DNA of 64,000 nucleotides, from NCBI GenBank assembly GCA_963662275.1, contig OY759316.1, positions 1,792,001 to 1,856,000 of the forward strand, written 5' to 3'. Shown piece after piece: positions 9,656 through 20,581 of the stretch. A program made the translations under genes and the position numbers. The notes beneath the pieces are model-generated. The model made no database searches. It was not told the DNA's origin and saw only the letters and a list, made by a program, of their open reading frames with translations. Positions within the stretch are counted from its first letter, which is position 1, and every line of letters begins with the position of its first letter. Source of the stretch: Candidatus Cloacimonadales bacterium (lineage in GTDB: Bacteria; Cloacimonadota; Cloacimonadia; Cloacimonadales; DAONDQ01).

Positions 9656-10783
9656 ATGTCTAAGCAGCGTTATCCTTTTATGGGGATTATGGGTCAGGAA
9701 GAACTAAGCCTGGCACTGATCCTGAACCTCGTGAATCCACAAATTGGAGGTGTACTGATTCGTGGTACGAAAGGCACTGGAAAAAGCACAGCCGTTTATG
9801 GATTGCCCCAAATCACACCTGCGATACAAGTAAATCAATCGTGTCAGTACAATTGTTCACCGGATGAGCCTGAGAATTGGTGCGCCTGGTGCAAAGAGCA
9901 GCAAACTCATACTGCGATTCAGAAAGAGATTGAAGTGGTGAATCTACCGATGAATGTATCGGAAGAGAATCTATTTGGTAAGATCGATATCGAAAAGCTT
10001 CTGAAGACAGCAGAGAAAGCTTTTGTGCCGGGTCTCATCGCTAAAGCGCATAGACAGATCCTGTATATCGATGAAGTGAACCTAATCCCTGATCATATCA
10101 CGGACAGCTTGCTGGATGTGGTCGCTTCGGGTGTGAATATTGTTGAACGGGAAGGTTTTTCAGTTATCCATCCCGCCAAGTTCCTTCTCATTGGAACAAT
10201 GAATAGCGAAGAAGGTGAACTTAGACCGCAGATTCTTGATCGTTTTCCGCTTTCTGTCACCATTCTCACGGCAAGTAATATGGAGGACAGGGAAGAGATC
10301 ATTCGGCGTAATTTTGCCTATGAAGAAAATCCGGACAGTTTTGCTGAAAGCTTCAAAAATGTGAATGAACTGATGAAAAATACAATCCTGGGAGCCAGGA
10401 AATTATTCCCTCAGACTTCAATTTCCCAGGAATTAGTGCAAAAGATACTTCAATTCTGTATCCAGTTTGCGATCGATGGACATAGGTCGGAAATCGTCAT
10501 CGTGAAGACAGCCAGGACATATGCTGCGTTGGAAATGAAACAGAAGGTCGAGATCAAGCATATTAAGATGGCAATGAAGCTGACGCTTCTCCATCGTACC
10601 CGGGAAGGCGGGCTCAAGAAAGCGGTTACTTGGGACGATATTGATAAATGGTTTGCAGAAGTGAAAGAGGAAAGTGAAACCAATCCTGCGTTCTCACTGG
10701 AGTACACACCCGAGAATATTTCCTTGTTGAAGGGAGGCTTTGTTTCCCCATCAAAAAAATCAGAGAAAGCCTCAACAATCTAA
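9656..10783 (+). CDS. ChlI/BchI-like AAA+ chelatase subunit (0-frame product)
   Basis: YPF..I.GQE, GGVLIRGTKGTGKST (Walker A), ILYIDEVN (Walker B), GTMNSEEGELRPQILDRF. Confidence 0.9.
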   Translation: MSKQRYPFMGIMGQEELSLALILNLVNPQIGGVLIRGTKGTGKSTAVYGLPQITPAIQVNQSCQYNCSPDEPENWCAWCKEQQTHTAIQKEIEVVNLPMNVSEENLFGKIDIEKLLKTAEKAFVPGLIAKAHRQILYIDEVNLIPDHITDSLLDVVASGVNIVEREGFSVIHPAKFLLIGTMNSEEGELRPQILDRFPLSVTILTASNMEDREEIIRRNFAYEENPDSFAESFKNVNELMKNTILGARKLFPQTSISQELVQKILQFCIQFAIDGHRSEIVIVKTARTYAALEMKQKVEIKHIKMAMKLTLLHRTREGGLKKAVTWDDIDKWFAEVKEESETNPAFSLEYTPENISLLKGGFVSPSKKSEKASTI

Positions 10784-10805
10784 GATTATTCTTAGGTGAC
10801 GAGGC
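10732..10805 (+). promoter_or_regulatory. Candidate programmed -1 ribosomal frameshift signal
   Basis: GGGAGG 10732-37; in-frame A_AAA_AAA 10753-59; hairpin gcctc..ctaaga-ttat-tcttag..gaggc 10769-10805. Confidence 0.7.
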
Positions 10806-12090
10806 AAGCGAAGGTTATGTCGAAAGGCGAAATCTGTTCATTATTATTCTGAAGCAGGTCCAGGAAAAAGAACTGACTGAAGTTGAGAAAAGACTTCTCA
10901 AGGAGTTCGATGCAATATGGCAGAACTATGAGAACGATCCTGTGACTATCATGACCTTGACCAGCATATATGCTCTCCTTTCTCATCCTGATTTAAAGAA
11001 TATAAGATTCGATCAAGATTTATTTAGTGAGGCTCTATCTCCTTTCAATCAAATATTCATGGAGCCAAAAAGCCTGAGTGAAGTTGTCAGTTTCATAAAG
11101 AAATTAGTGAAGAACAGGCACATTGAAGAAAACATGAAAACGATTACTAAAGGAGTTTCGAAGCACAGGAAGGATGAAAATTCTACGTTTAATGTGGATT
11201 TGAAAGATAATGAGTTGAAAAAGGTCGCCTTCAAAAGAAAGAAGATCACTTCTCTCAAAAACAGGGATACCGATTGTGCGACCGGATTGCCAATCATTAC
11301 CTGGACATCCATTAAAGCTGCTAATGAGAAACCGCATATCTACCAGACAGTCAAAGCAGCCGCGCTGGATGGGTCTTTTGTTTGTAATCCGTATCATATT
11401 CAAATCAGTAATCGGCACTTCCGTTATCCGGTCTTCCAACAGAAACAGAACTTCAATATGATGCTGGTACTGGATATCAGCAATTCTGTAAAATGGGTTC
11501 TGAAGTTCATGGCGAAGATCATCTCCATGCTGACGTCTGATGCAAGAGCTGCCGAAGATAAACTTGGGTTGATCATCTTCAATGATGACCGAGCGCAGGT
11601 CATGCATTATCCCACTACCAATATCAGGCATGTGATCGGTACTATCAACACCCTGGCTCCCAGTGGTAAAACACCTTTAGCTGATGGTCTGAAACTAGCC
11701 ATGCAGACCCTGGAGCATAGCCGGTTCCAGGTTACAGGGATGTCCAATGCCATTGTGCTGCTTTCCGATTGCTTTCCGGAACCTATAACCAATGAACATG
11801 AAGACCCCATGGATGAACCTGTATGCCAACAGATTCTGCATGTTTGCGATAAAATAAGAGACAACAAGTTTAAATTACTCGTTCTTAATCCGAGTTTGAG
11901 TGATCTTCCGCATTATGATCAGCAACTGGGTTTCAAATTAGGGAAAAAGGCTGCTGAACGTGCAGATGGTAACTTCCTTAACCTGGTAGGACATCCAAGC
12001 GGATCTTTTTTTGCCAAGGATGATGACTTTGTCTTACCGGATCAGATGCTGAAAGAGTTGATGAAGGAAGTGGGGGAGTTCAGGAATTAA
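10759..12090 (+). CDS. vWA-domain (ChlD-like) region, probably the -1 frame extension of the AAA+ ORF (about 811 aa fusion)
   Basis: Frame is open from 10678 with no ATG/GTG/TTG until 10942; MIDAS LDISNS, GKTPL, LLSD. Confidence 0.75.
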   Translation: MRESLNNLRLFLGDEASEGYVERRNLFIIILKQVQEKELTEVEKRLLKEFDAIWQNYENDPVTIMTLTSIYALLSHPDLKNIRFDQDLFSEALSPFNQIFMEPKSLSEVVSFIKKLVKNRHIEENMKTITKGVSKHRKDENSTFNVDLKDNELKKVAFKRKKITSLKNRDTDCATGLPIITWTSIKAANEKPHIYQTVKAAALDGSFVCNPYHIQISNRHFRYPVFQQKQNFNMMLVLDISNSVKWVLKFMAKIISMLTSDARAAEDKLGLIIFNDDRAQVMHYPTTNIRHVIGTINTLAPSGKTPLADGLKLAMQTLEHSRFQVTGMSNAIVLLSDCFPEPITNEHEDPMDEPVCQQILHVCDKIRDNKFKLLVLNPSLSDLPHYDQQLGFKLGKKAAERADGNFLNLVGHPSGSFFAKDDDFVLPDQMLKELMKEVGEFRN

Positions 12091-12468
12091 AAATTAAAAG
12101 TTAAAAATTAAAAATTGCAGAGAAGACCGGACATCGAATTCCGGTCATTGAGCGAAGTCGAAATGTCAGTTGTTGTTGCATTCTAATCAAAAAAAACCAA
12201 AATACTTTATAGGTTGATTAGCACCTGGACAGTATATTATTCGAGTGCTATTCAAGAGCTGATAACGAGTGAAATAAGTCTACAATATATCCGTTTATAG
12301 ATAGTAGTACATTTAATTATGATGTTTATCAATAATTAATAGATGTGGCTTTTGATATTACTAACAAATAATCTTGACTGAATATTATTCAATCTTCTTA
12401 TTGCCTGTTACTTCACATTTGAAAATGAAATTACGCATCCAGTAGGCAGAAAAAGGAGAATAGGGTCA

Positions 12469-15396
12469 ATGAAAAGGACTATCGTTTTATTTTCAGTTCT
12501 TATAGCAATCTGCAGTTTGTTCGCAGGATCACTAAATGAAGGCTTTGGCTCTGTAGTTCCACCGCCTGCATGGCAAGTGATTAACGGTGGTGACTCTAAT
12601 ACCTGGATCAAGTATTCCGGTGTTCTGGCGAGAACAGGTGGCACATGTGCCTATATCTATTATTCTGAAACAGCTCATGATGATTGGTTAATAACTCCCC
12701 AGCTCTTACCATCGATTGGTGATGCAACCTTTAGCTTCTGGGCTTTTAACGGACCGGGTTACACGGATCGTTTTAACGTGAAGCTTTCTACTGCGTCAAA
12801 TAATGTAGCTGACTTCACGGTTTCACTGGCAACGAATGTCGGACCACCCAATACATGGACACTATACACATATGATCTTTCTGCCTATGTTTGGCAAACG
12901 GTGTTTATTGCTTTCCAGGCAATCTCGACGAATCAGAGTTTTTTAATGATAGATGACGTTTCCGGGCCTCTCATGCCTTTTGTCGATGGCTTTGAGACCA
13001 ATAATTTCAATTACTTCCAATGGAACAATAGTTCTGCCAGCCCTTGGACTGTTCAAAACGTAGAGCATTACTATGGCAGCTATTCAGCCAAATCCGGTAC
13101 TATAGATGCCGATTCCAGCACAAGCCTGATCCTGTCTCAAGTGATCAGTGCCCCCGGGAATATATACTTCTCAGCTAAGGTCAGCTCTCTATCAGGCTCT
13201 GATTTCCTGAAATTCTATGTTGATGATGTGCTGAAAGGTTCCTGGTCCGGGGAAACTGGCTGGTTTGAACAAGGTTACCTTGTTACAGCCGGCTCACACG
13301 TATTCAGGTGGACTTATAGTAAGAATGTTGCAGGTGTTGTCGGCAGTGATTGTGCATTGTTGGATAATATAGTACTGCCGCCAATCAGTTATGCAACAGA
13401 AGCAAATCCCGTTCAAATCACTACCCCCGCTCAACTGAACAACATACGCAATTACCTGGGTAGTCAGCATGCAAACAAGTTTTTTAAACTGATGAATAAT
13501 ATAGATTTAACAACTTATCTTGCCAGCGGTGGTGAAGGCTATACTACCTGGGGAACAGCCGGATGGTTACCGATAGGAACAAATGCAGCTCGTTTTTACG
13601 GTCATTTCAATGGAAATAGTAAATCTATTTCGGGGCTAAAGATTGACCGTCCTGCAAATACAGATATCGGCTTTTTTGGAAATGTGGCTGTAGGTGCTGT
13701 TATAGAAAATACAAGAGTGGCAACTGCTGCCGGAAGCTATGTAAAAGGCTGGCAGACAACCGGAATGCTGGTTGGCTATAATGACGGAACTATTACCAAT
13801 TGCTCTGCTGTAGGTAGTGTTTATGGACAGTCAGATGGGTGTGGCGTCTTAGTCGGTGCTGTAGGTGGTTCCGGCACAATCAACCGCTGCTTTTCCAAAG
13901 GGACTGCGATCGGTGCTGCCTATAGAGTTGGCGGTTTGGCTGGACAGAACTATGGAACGATCAGTAACTGCTATTCCAGAGCCACCGTTACTGGTCAACA
14001 TTACCTCGGCGGACTGGTGGGATACCAGGGTTCAGGTACCATAAATAATTCTTTTGCAACTGGTCTGATAACCGGAGGCAGCAATGGCGGATTGCTGGGT
14101 AATCTGATCGGAGGTACTATCGTCAATTCATACTGGGATGTCCAGACCACGGGACTTTCCTATTCTCAAGGTTCAGCCTCCTCTTATGGTAAGACCACTG
14201 CTCAAATGAAGATGCAATCCACATACCCCGGCTGGGACTTTTATGGAGAAACTGCGAATGGAACCAATGATTACTGGGGTATCTTCCCAACGGATTTTGA
14301 GGGTTATCCCTGTTTGATCTGGGACTGTCCCAATTATACTATGGCACCTCTTCAAAACTACCCTAACGATGGAAGTTTGATAAGAAAAACCCTAGCTTAC
14401 GTGGGTTGGGATGCCAATACCTTGGGTCAGGTCCCTTTTAGTTATATGATTTATATGATTCCCACTAATCCGGCACATTTGACAGAGACTGGTTATCCTC
14501 GTCAAATAACCTACTCCGCCCCTCATGGTTACTACGGCAACCCCTACAATCTTAATGAACATCCTGAGAATATTGTAAACTATGGTGAAACATGGTATTG
14601 GAAGGTGGTTGCCTACGATGCTTCCGGTGTAGCGTATTCCTCTCCGATACGCAGCTTCACTATAGAAAATGATCCCTTTGGAACAGAGAGCTTTGAATAT
14701 AGCTACTCTGACGGCTCCACAACCATACCCAACTGGGAACAGGGCTGGTGGGACGGACCTCTTGAATCAGCAACGTTATGGAAAGCCAATTCTACCCACA
14801 CTGACTTTAACCGTGCTCCCCGTACCGGTGCATTCAATTTAACCCTTTTTAATGCCGGTTTTCCCCTTGTCAGTACTGTTCTTGCCCGTATTTACCCCCT
14901 GGTAGCAGGCAGGACGTATGAGATTGAAGTCTATGCACGGCAGGACACTCCAAATCCTGCGGATGCCGGCATCAGATTCTACACTTTAAATTCACCAATG
15001 ACAGAGCTTAGTCCAATGTACGGTCTAACAAATGGTAGTTACCAGCGTTTTACCTGCACTTTTACTGCCGCGCAAACACACGAGAATGTTCTATATTATG
15101 TAGTGGAAATGAACGACAATGCAAACTATGTTAGTATCGATGATATCACTGTTCGGGAAGTGCTGACACTGGAGACACCGCAGCTTACGATCTCTAAATC
15201 AGGCACGGATGTAACGCTAACTTGGGATGATATTACCTATGCCTCTGAATATCGCGTCTATACTTCAGATAATCCAGCCACCTGGACTTCCTTCATAACA
15301 GTCGCATCACCCACGCATACCTATACTTTCGATTCTGTAGGTGTAGGAAAGAAGTTCTACAGGGTGGTTGCTTCAACAATTGTAAGAAGAGATTGA
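12469..15396 (+). CDS. Large secreted protein with cleaved-adhesin (choice-of-anchor J-like) and GLUG-motif domains
   Basis: Signal peptide; HDDWLITPQL; repeated GGLVG.N.GTI.NCYS units. Confidence 0.8.
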   Translation: MKRTIVLFSVLIAICSLFAGSLNEGFGSVVPPPAWQVINGGDSNTWIKYSGVLARTGGTCAYIYYSETAHDDWLITPQLLPSIGDATFSFWAFNGPGYTDRFNVKLSTASNNVADFTVSLATNVGPPNTWTLYTYDLSAYVWQTVFIAFQAISTNQSFLMIDDVSGPLMPFVDGFETNNFNYFQWNNSSASPWTVQNVEHYYGSYSAKSGTIDADSSTSLILSQVISAPGNIYFSAKVSSLSGSDFLKFYVDDVLKGSWSGETGWFEQGYLVTAGSHVFRWTYSKNVAGVVGSDCALLDNIVLPPISYATEANPVQITTPAQLNNIRNYLGSQHANKFFKLMNNIDLTTYLASGGEGYTTWGTAGWLPIGTNAARFYGHFNGNSKSISGLKIDRPANTDIGFFGNVAVGAVIENTRVATAAGSYVKGWQTTGMLVGYNDGTITNCSAVGSVYGQSDGCGVLVGAVGGSGTINRCFSKGTAIGAAYRVGGLAGQNYGTISNCYSRATVTGQHYLGGLVGYQGSGTINNSFATGLITGGSNGGLLGNLIGGTIVNSYWDVQTTGLSYSQGSASSYGKTTAQMKMQSTYPGWDFYGETANGTNDYWGIFPTDFEGYPCLIWDCPNYTMAPLQNYPNDGSLIRKTLAYVGWDANTLGQVPFSYMIYMIPTNPAHLTETGYPRQITYSAPHGYYGNPYNLNEHPENIVNYGETWYWKVVAYDASGVAYSSPIRSFTIENDPFGTESFEYSYSDGSTTIPNWEQGWWDGPLESATLWKANSTHTDFNRAPRTGAFNLTLFNAGFPLVSTVLARIYPLVAGRTYEIEVYARQDTPNPADAGIRFYTLNSPMTELSPMYGLTNGSYQRFTCTFTAAQTHENVLYYVVEMNDNANYVSIDDITVREVLTLETPQLTISKSGTDVTLTWDDITYASEYRVYTSDNPATWTSFITVASPTHTYTFDSVGVGKKFYRVVASTIVRRD

Positions 15397-15507
15397 ACAA
15401 GGATAATGGAAGAACCAGTAACTAGCAAACCAAACAATCCTTTTACCACCATATTGCAGAACAAGTAAGGATAGAATGATATCATAAACTGATACACAAG
15501 GATTTTC

Positions 15508-15536
15508 GTAGAGACGCTCAACCTGAGCGTCTCTAT
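15508..15536. repeat. GTAG-initiated palindromic hairpin (REP-like, possible terminator)
   Basis: gtagagacgctca-acc-tgagcgtctcta followed by a T run. Confidence 0.65.
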
Positions 15537-15549
15537 TTTTATATGGTAT

Positions 15550-15663
15550 TGTCTTCAGCTTGCTCTTATACGGTAACCTGAAGGATACCACTACCGGTGG
15601 ACGCTGTCTTCAGCTTGCTCTTATACGGTAACCTGAAGGATACCACTACCGGTGGACGCTGTC
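15550..15663 (-). repeat. About two reverse-orientation copies of the 55-bp array unit
   Basis: ggtaacctgaaggataccactaccggtggacgctgtc repeated at 55-bp period. Confidence 0.9.
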
Positions 15664-15859
15664 GGTAAGAGCGGTGTTCTACTCTACTAAGCAAGTTAAA
15701 AATACATAATAGACAAAAGTCAATTATTGAGATTATTCAATTCAATACAATTTAACTTGACCTATATTTGATACTTCACACTAATTGCTGTTAATTTAGC
15801 AATTCATGAAATTTAATACAATATGATAAATATGTAGGCAGAAAAGGAGAATTGGTTCT

Positions 15860-18800
15860 ATGAAGAAGACTATCTTTTTACTTGTACTTCTAATGGCAAT
15901 GGGCGTTTTATTCGCTACAACCCTCAATGAGAGTTTTGAATCTCCAACTTTCCCACCTCCCGGTTGGGGAATCGTTAATGGTGGAGATGGTAGAACATGG
16001 CAAAGGACATATATGGAAAACACCGGCCATACAGGATATGGGTGTGCGACCATTGAAACAAGCAATATTTATGTGCATGATGACTGGTTAATAACTCCGC
16101 AGCTTACACCAATGTCAGGTTCTTCTACTTTCAGTTTCTGGGCAAGAACTCTCTTCATTAATAGTTATTACCCTGCCGAGCAATTCAATGTGAAATTATC
16201 CATTTCAACGAACGACATTTCTGCCATGACTTATGTCCTTGCCTCAAACGTGACTACCAGTACGTCATATGCGCAATACTCCTATGATCTATCTCCTTAT
16301 ATCGGGCAAAATGTACATGTGGCAATTCAAGCTTTATATGCAGACAGGTCAACTCTAATGGTGGATGACATAATAGGTCCTCAGATGATGGGTTTCGAGG
16401 GATTTGAAACAGGTAATTTCAACTCTTTTGCGTGGAATAATGCTTCAGCAAGCCCATGGACATTGCAGAATATTAACAGGTATTCGGGCATATATGCAGC
16501 GAAATCAGGTGTTATCAGTGATGGCGCGAGTACAAGTCTCAGTATTACACAGTATATCAGTGAAATAGGACATATCTACTTTTTACAGATGGTCAGTTCG
16601 GAAAGCGGTTCTGATTTCCTGAAGTTTTATATTGATGATGTGGAACAAGGTTCCTGGTCAGGAGAAGGACTTTGGCAGGCACAAAGCTATCTTGTCTATA
16701 TGGGAACACATACTTTCAGATGGACATATTCCAAGAATGGTTCAGGTTCAAGCGGAAGTGATTGTGCCTGGATCGATCATATCGTTTTTCCTCCATCTCT
16801 TGTCGGGACTGCTGCGGATCCGTATCAAATTACGACTGCAGCAGAATTGAACAACATCCGCAATTACCTTGGCAGTTCCTTTTCAAATAAACGTTTTAAA
16901 TTAATGAATGATATTGATCTCACTGCTTATCTTGCTCCCGGCGGTGCAGGCTATTCTGCCTGGGGAACAAACGGATGGCTGTCGATTGGTAATGGATCCA
17001 GTCTTTTCTACGGGAGCTTTGACGGGAATAATCATACTATCTCCAACCTTAGTACTCATTATTATGGTACATGTCATGGTCTATTCGGTGCTAACGCTGT
17101 TGGAAGTACGATTCAAAATCTTACGATGAGCAATACATGCTATATTCTCGGTGATGGTGAAACAGGTTCCATTATAGGGCGTAACAACGGAGTTGTCCTA
17201 AACTGCAGATCGGCTGCAACGATCAATATTGGCAATGCTGATAAGGGCGGTGGGATCGTTGGTAACAATTATGGTGTGATTGGCAACTGCGGTTTTTCTG
17301 GAACCATAACCAGGTCAGGAAGCGGAGTTTCATGCAATAAGATCGGCGGCATTGCCGGTAACAGTGAAACTGGCGCAATTATTAATAACAGCTATTCTAC
17401 CGGAAGCATCTCAGGTAATACCTACACTGCCGGTTTGGTTGGTTGGAATAACGGAACAATCAATAACTGCTATACGACAGGTACCGTAACGGGTGCTGCC
17501 AACGCTGATGGGGGACTGGTGGGTCAAAACCAGGGTGTCATCAATAATTCATATTCAAGGGCAACAGTCTCCGGTGCCAGCTATGTTGGCGGCTTGGTCG
17601 GATATAATTCTGGCAGTACGATCACAAATTGCTTTTCAACAGGTGCCGTTACCGGTAGTATCAAGGGTGGACTTTGCGGACAAACCGGAGCCACGATCAA
17701 TAGTTCTTACTGGGATACACAGACCAGCGGTTTGGCTACATCCTATGGGGGGACGGGCAAGACGACAGCAGAGATGAAAACTCAATCCAATTTTTCAGGC
17801 TGGGATTTTGCAGGGGAAACAGCCAATGGAACGAATGATTACTGGTATATGACATCCACAGATAATGCAGGCTATCCCTTCTTGTGCTGGGAAAAGGCAA
17901 GCGAAGTCAGAGCTCCACTTCTTGTATATCCAGGCGATGCTGCTTCAGGTATATCACAGAATGGATTTAATTTCTCCTGGACACCTTTCCCGGGAGGACA
18001 GACTCCTGACCACTACAATCTTTACTTCATAAAAGGAAATCCTTCTCATATCTTTGAGGCTGGTTACACTGACCAGCATTCCTATCTCAATTTACACGCA
18101 ATCAGCTACAATCCTGTAAGCAGTGGAGTCATTAGCCTTCATTATGGAGAGGTTTGGTATTGGACTGTGATTGCCTATACGTCAAATGGGGAAGCATTTC
18201 CGACACCGACGACACGTTCATTTACCATCGAAAACGAAGTTGTTTTCACCGATGGTTTTGAAACGGGTAATACCCAGGGAAGCACCACGATAAGCAACTG
18301 GACTCAAGCATTGGGTTCAGGTACAAACTACTGGACGGTTAATTCCACAAACACAGATTTTAATAGAACCCCTAAAACAGGTTCATTTAATGTGACATTG
18401 TTCTTCCCCGGAAATGCCTGGATGTTTCGATCCGTTGTCTTGAAAGGAGGAGTGCCTTATCGTGTTGAACTATATGCCAGGCAGGATGGAACGGTTTCGT
18501 CCAATGCCAGTGTCGGAATCTCATACGGAACGGCAGCCACGATAGCTGGAATGACAAATGTGTTAGTGACCCAGACCGGGTTGGTGAATGGAAGTTATCA
18601 GCTTATCACGGCAACATTCGTACCACAATCAAACGGAACTTATTATATTGGTATCAATGGTATCATTGCTACTCCTTCCAACTATATCAGCATGGATGAT
18701 ATCACCCTGAAGCATACACCTCTGATCGCTCCTGTTGCAGTGACTCAGAACTTACCTGCTGATATGGCTATAAACCAGATCCTGCTTCCTACTATAAACT

Positions 18801-20581
18801 GGACATTCGCAGTTAGCGGAGGATTCCCATCCAGCTATAAAATTTATTGCCAGGCAAGTAATAGACCAATTACACCTACTGCTTTGGTTGCAACGGTAAC
18901 TTCACCTACATTTACTTTTACTACTTCATTGGAATACAACTCAACCTATTATTGGATGGTCATCGCTTCCAATGCATATGGAGATGCAACGGGCAATATG
19001 GTTCACTCTTTCACAACGATTCAAAATCCTGAACTACCTCAACCTCAGCCCAATGACCTTTCTGCAAGATCAATCAGCGGAACTGACTATGGAATTATCG
19101 GAACACCAATTGCACATACTATAACAGTCACTAATTACGGGTCAAGTTCACAGGACAGCTACACTGTACGTATTAAAAGTGTATCACCAGCCATGACGCT
19201 TGCCACCCTCAATGTCACGATACCTCTGGCTTCTGGGGAGACAACCTCCCATAGTATAACCTGGACTCCAACGAATGCAAGTCTTCATGTCAGTAAAATA
19301 TACGGGGAAGTGGTTTTGAATAGTGATAGCTTACTCGCTAATAATATTACTTCCAATATTCCGTTTGGCATCATTTCAGGGTCAGGAACAGATACAGATC
19401 CATATGGCATAAGTACGCCGGAAGCACTGAATGCAGTCCGGTATTTCCTGGGGGTTGCATATGCAGGTAAACATTTCAAATTGCTGAATGACATCGATTT
19501 GGCAGCATATCTCATCACTGGGAATGGTTTTGCAGCCTGGGGTTCCTCGGGATGGCTGCCGATTGGGTCGGGTGCAGAACGTTTCTATGGCAGTTTTGAT
19601 GGAAACAACAGAACCATCTCAGGATTTGTGTTAGATCGTGCTTGGACTGACAATTGCGGATTGTTCGGTTATACTGAATTTGGTTCAAGAATTGAAAGCA
19701 CAAAACTTGTAGGCCACCCGGACAGATGGTGTAACGCGGCTAATTCGTTTGGAATGCTTGTAGGTGGAAATAACGGAACAATTAGTAATTGTTCTGCTCA
19801 ATTCAGCAGAATTGTTTCTCAATCCTGGAGCGGGGGATTGGTAGGTACTAACAATGGTACTATTAGTAAATGCTTCACTTCCGGCAATGTAGAGTCATAT
19901 TGGGAATTATGGGCATCTTCCATTGGCGGATTGGTAGGAATAAATTATGGAAATATCGGTAATTGTTATTCCAGGGCGAGTGTGAAAGCATACATGTATA
20001 TGGGTGGATTGGTCGGAATTCAGTCTGGAACAATCACGAATTGTTATGCCACAGGTGCCATAGACCATATTCTTGGCGATAATTCAAGAGGCGGTATCCT
20101 CGGCGCAGCAGGTGGTACTGTTGTTAATTCTTACTGGGATAAACAAACAACTGGTATACTAACGTCCTTTGGTTCGGATAGTAGTTTTGGAAAGTCAACA
20201 GCCATGATGAAGATGCAGGGAACTTATGCAGGTTGGGATTTCACAAATACCTGGTTTATTGATCCATCTGTGAATGATGGCTATCCGCAGCTTGCCTGGG
20301 CAGCAACATCCGCTCTTATGAGTATTCCAACGAATATCACGATTCAGAAGGATACTGTCCTCGGAGTCGTGACAATTACCTGGGATGACATGCATGCAGC
20401 CTGGTATGGTGTATACGCAGGCTCTTCTCCTTCAAACCTGACATATCTTGGCTGGACAGGCACGAATAGTATTACTGTTAATGCTGATAACCATGGATTC
20501 TTCAAGATCACATCCGGCTCTGGAACACCGACAGCACCAGCGCTGCTGCGTGGGAATTATGAATTAAGAATTAAGAATTAA
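15860..20581 (+). CDS. Large secreted adhesin-like protein with two GLUG regions and FN3/CARDB-like modules; paralog of 12469-15396
   Basis: Signal peptide, shared HDDWLITPQL and GLUG blocks, same upstream taggcagaaaa(a)ggaga leader. Confidence 0.8.
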   Translation: MKKTIFLLVLLMAMGVLFATTLNESFESPTFPPPGWGIVNGGDGRTWQRTYMENTGHTGYGCATIETSNIYVHDDWLITPQLTPMSGSSTFSFWARTLFINSYYPAEQFNVKLSISTNDISAMTYVLASNVTTSTSYAQYSYDLSPYIGQNVHVAIQALYADRSTLMVDDIIGPQMMGFEGFETGNFNSFAWNNASASPWTLQNINRYSGIYAAKSGVISDGASTSLSITQYISEIGHIYFLQMVSSESGSDFLKFYIDDVEQGSWSGEGLWQAQSYLVYMGTHTFRWTYSKNGSGSSGSDCAWIDHIVFPPSLVGTAADPYQITTAAELNNIRNYLGSSFSNKRFKLMNDIDLTAYLAPGGAGYSAWGTNGWLSIGNGSSLFYGSFDGNNHTISNLSTHYYGTCHGLFGANAVGSTIQNLTMSNTCYILGDGETGSIIGRNNGVVLNCRSAATINIGNADKGGGIVGNNYGVIGNCGFSGTITRSGSGVSCNKIGGIAGNSETGAIINNSYSTGSISGNTYTAGLVGWNNGTINNCYTTGTVTGAANADGGLVGQNQGVINNSYSRATVSGASYVGGLVGYNSGSTITNCFSTGAVTGSIKGGLCGQTGATINSSYWDTQTSGLATSYGGTGKTTAEMKTQSNFSGWDFAGETANGTNDYWYMTSTDNAGYPFLCWEKASEVRAPLLVYPGDAASGISQNGFNFSWTPFPGGQTPDHYNLYFIKGNPSHIFEAGYTDQHSYLNLHAISYNPVSSGVISLHYGEVWYWTVIAYTSNGEAFPTPTTRSFTIENEVVFTDGFETGNTQGSTTISNWTQALGSGTNYWTVNSTNTDFNRTPKTGSFNVTLFFPGNAWMFRSVVLKGGVPYRVELYARQDGTVSSNASVGISYGTAATIAGMTNVLVTQTGLVNGSYQLITATFVPQSNGTYYIGINGIIATPSNYISMDDITLKHTPLIAPVAVTQNLPADMAINQILLPTINWTFAVSGGFPSSYKIYCQASNRPITPTALVATVTSPTFTFTTSLEYNSTYYWMVIASNAYGDATGNMVHSFTTIQNPELPQPQPNDLSARSISGTDYGIIGTPIAHTITVTNYGSSSQDSYTVRIKSVSPAMTLATLNVTIPLASGETTSHSITWTPTNASLHVSKIYGEVVLNSDSLLANNITSNIPFGIISGSGTDTDPYGISTPEALNAVRYFLGVAYAGKHFKLLNDIDLAAYLITGNGFAAWGSSGWLPIGSGAERFYGSFDGNNRTISGFVLDRAWTDNCGLFGYTEFGSRIESTKLVGHPDRWCNAANSFGMLVGGNNGTISNCSAQFSRIVSQSWSGGLVGTNNGTISKCFTSGNVESYWELWASSIGGLVGINYGNIGNCYSRASVKAYMYMGGLVGIQSGTITNCYATGAIDHILGDNSRGGILGAAGGTVVNSYWDKQTTGILTSFGSDSSFGKSTAMMKMQGTYAGWDFTNTWFIDPSVNDGYPQLAWAATSALMSIPTNITIQKDTVLGVVTITWDDMHAAWYGVYAGSSPSNLTYLGWTGTNSITVNADNHGFFKITSGSGTPTAPALLRGNYELRIKN

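Noticed and set aside
10942..12090. Stand-alone vWA gene starting at GTG 10942
   Set aside because: No clear RBS, and the frame is open and protein-like upstream to the slippery site; disfavoured but not excluded
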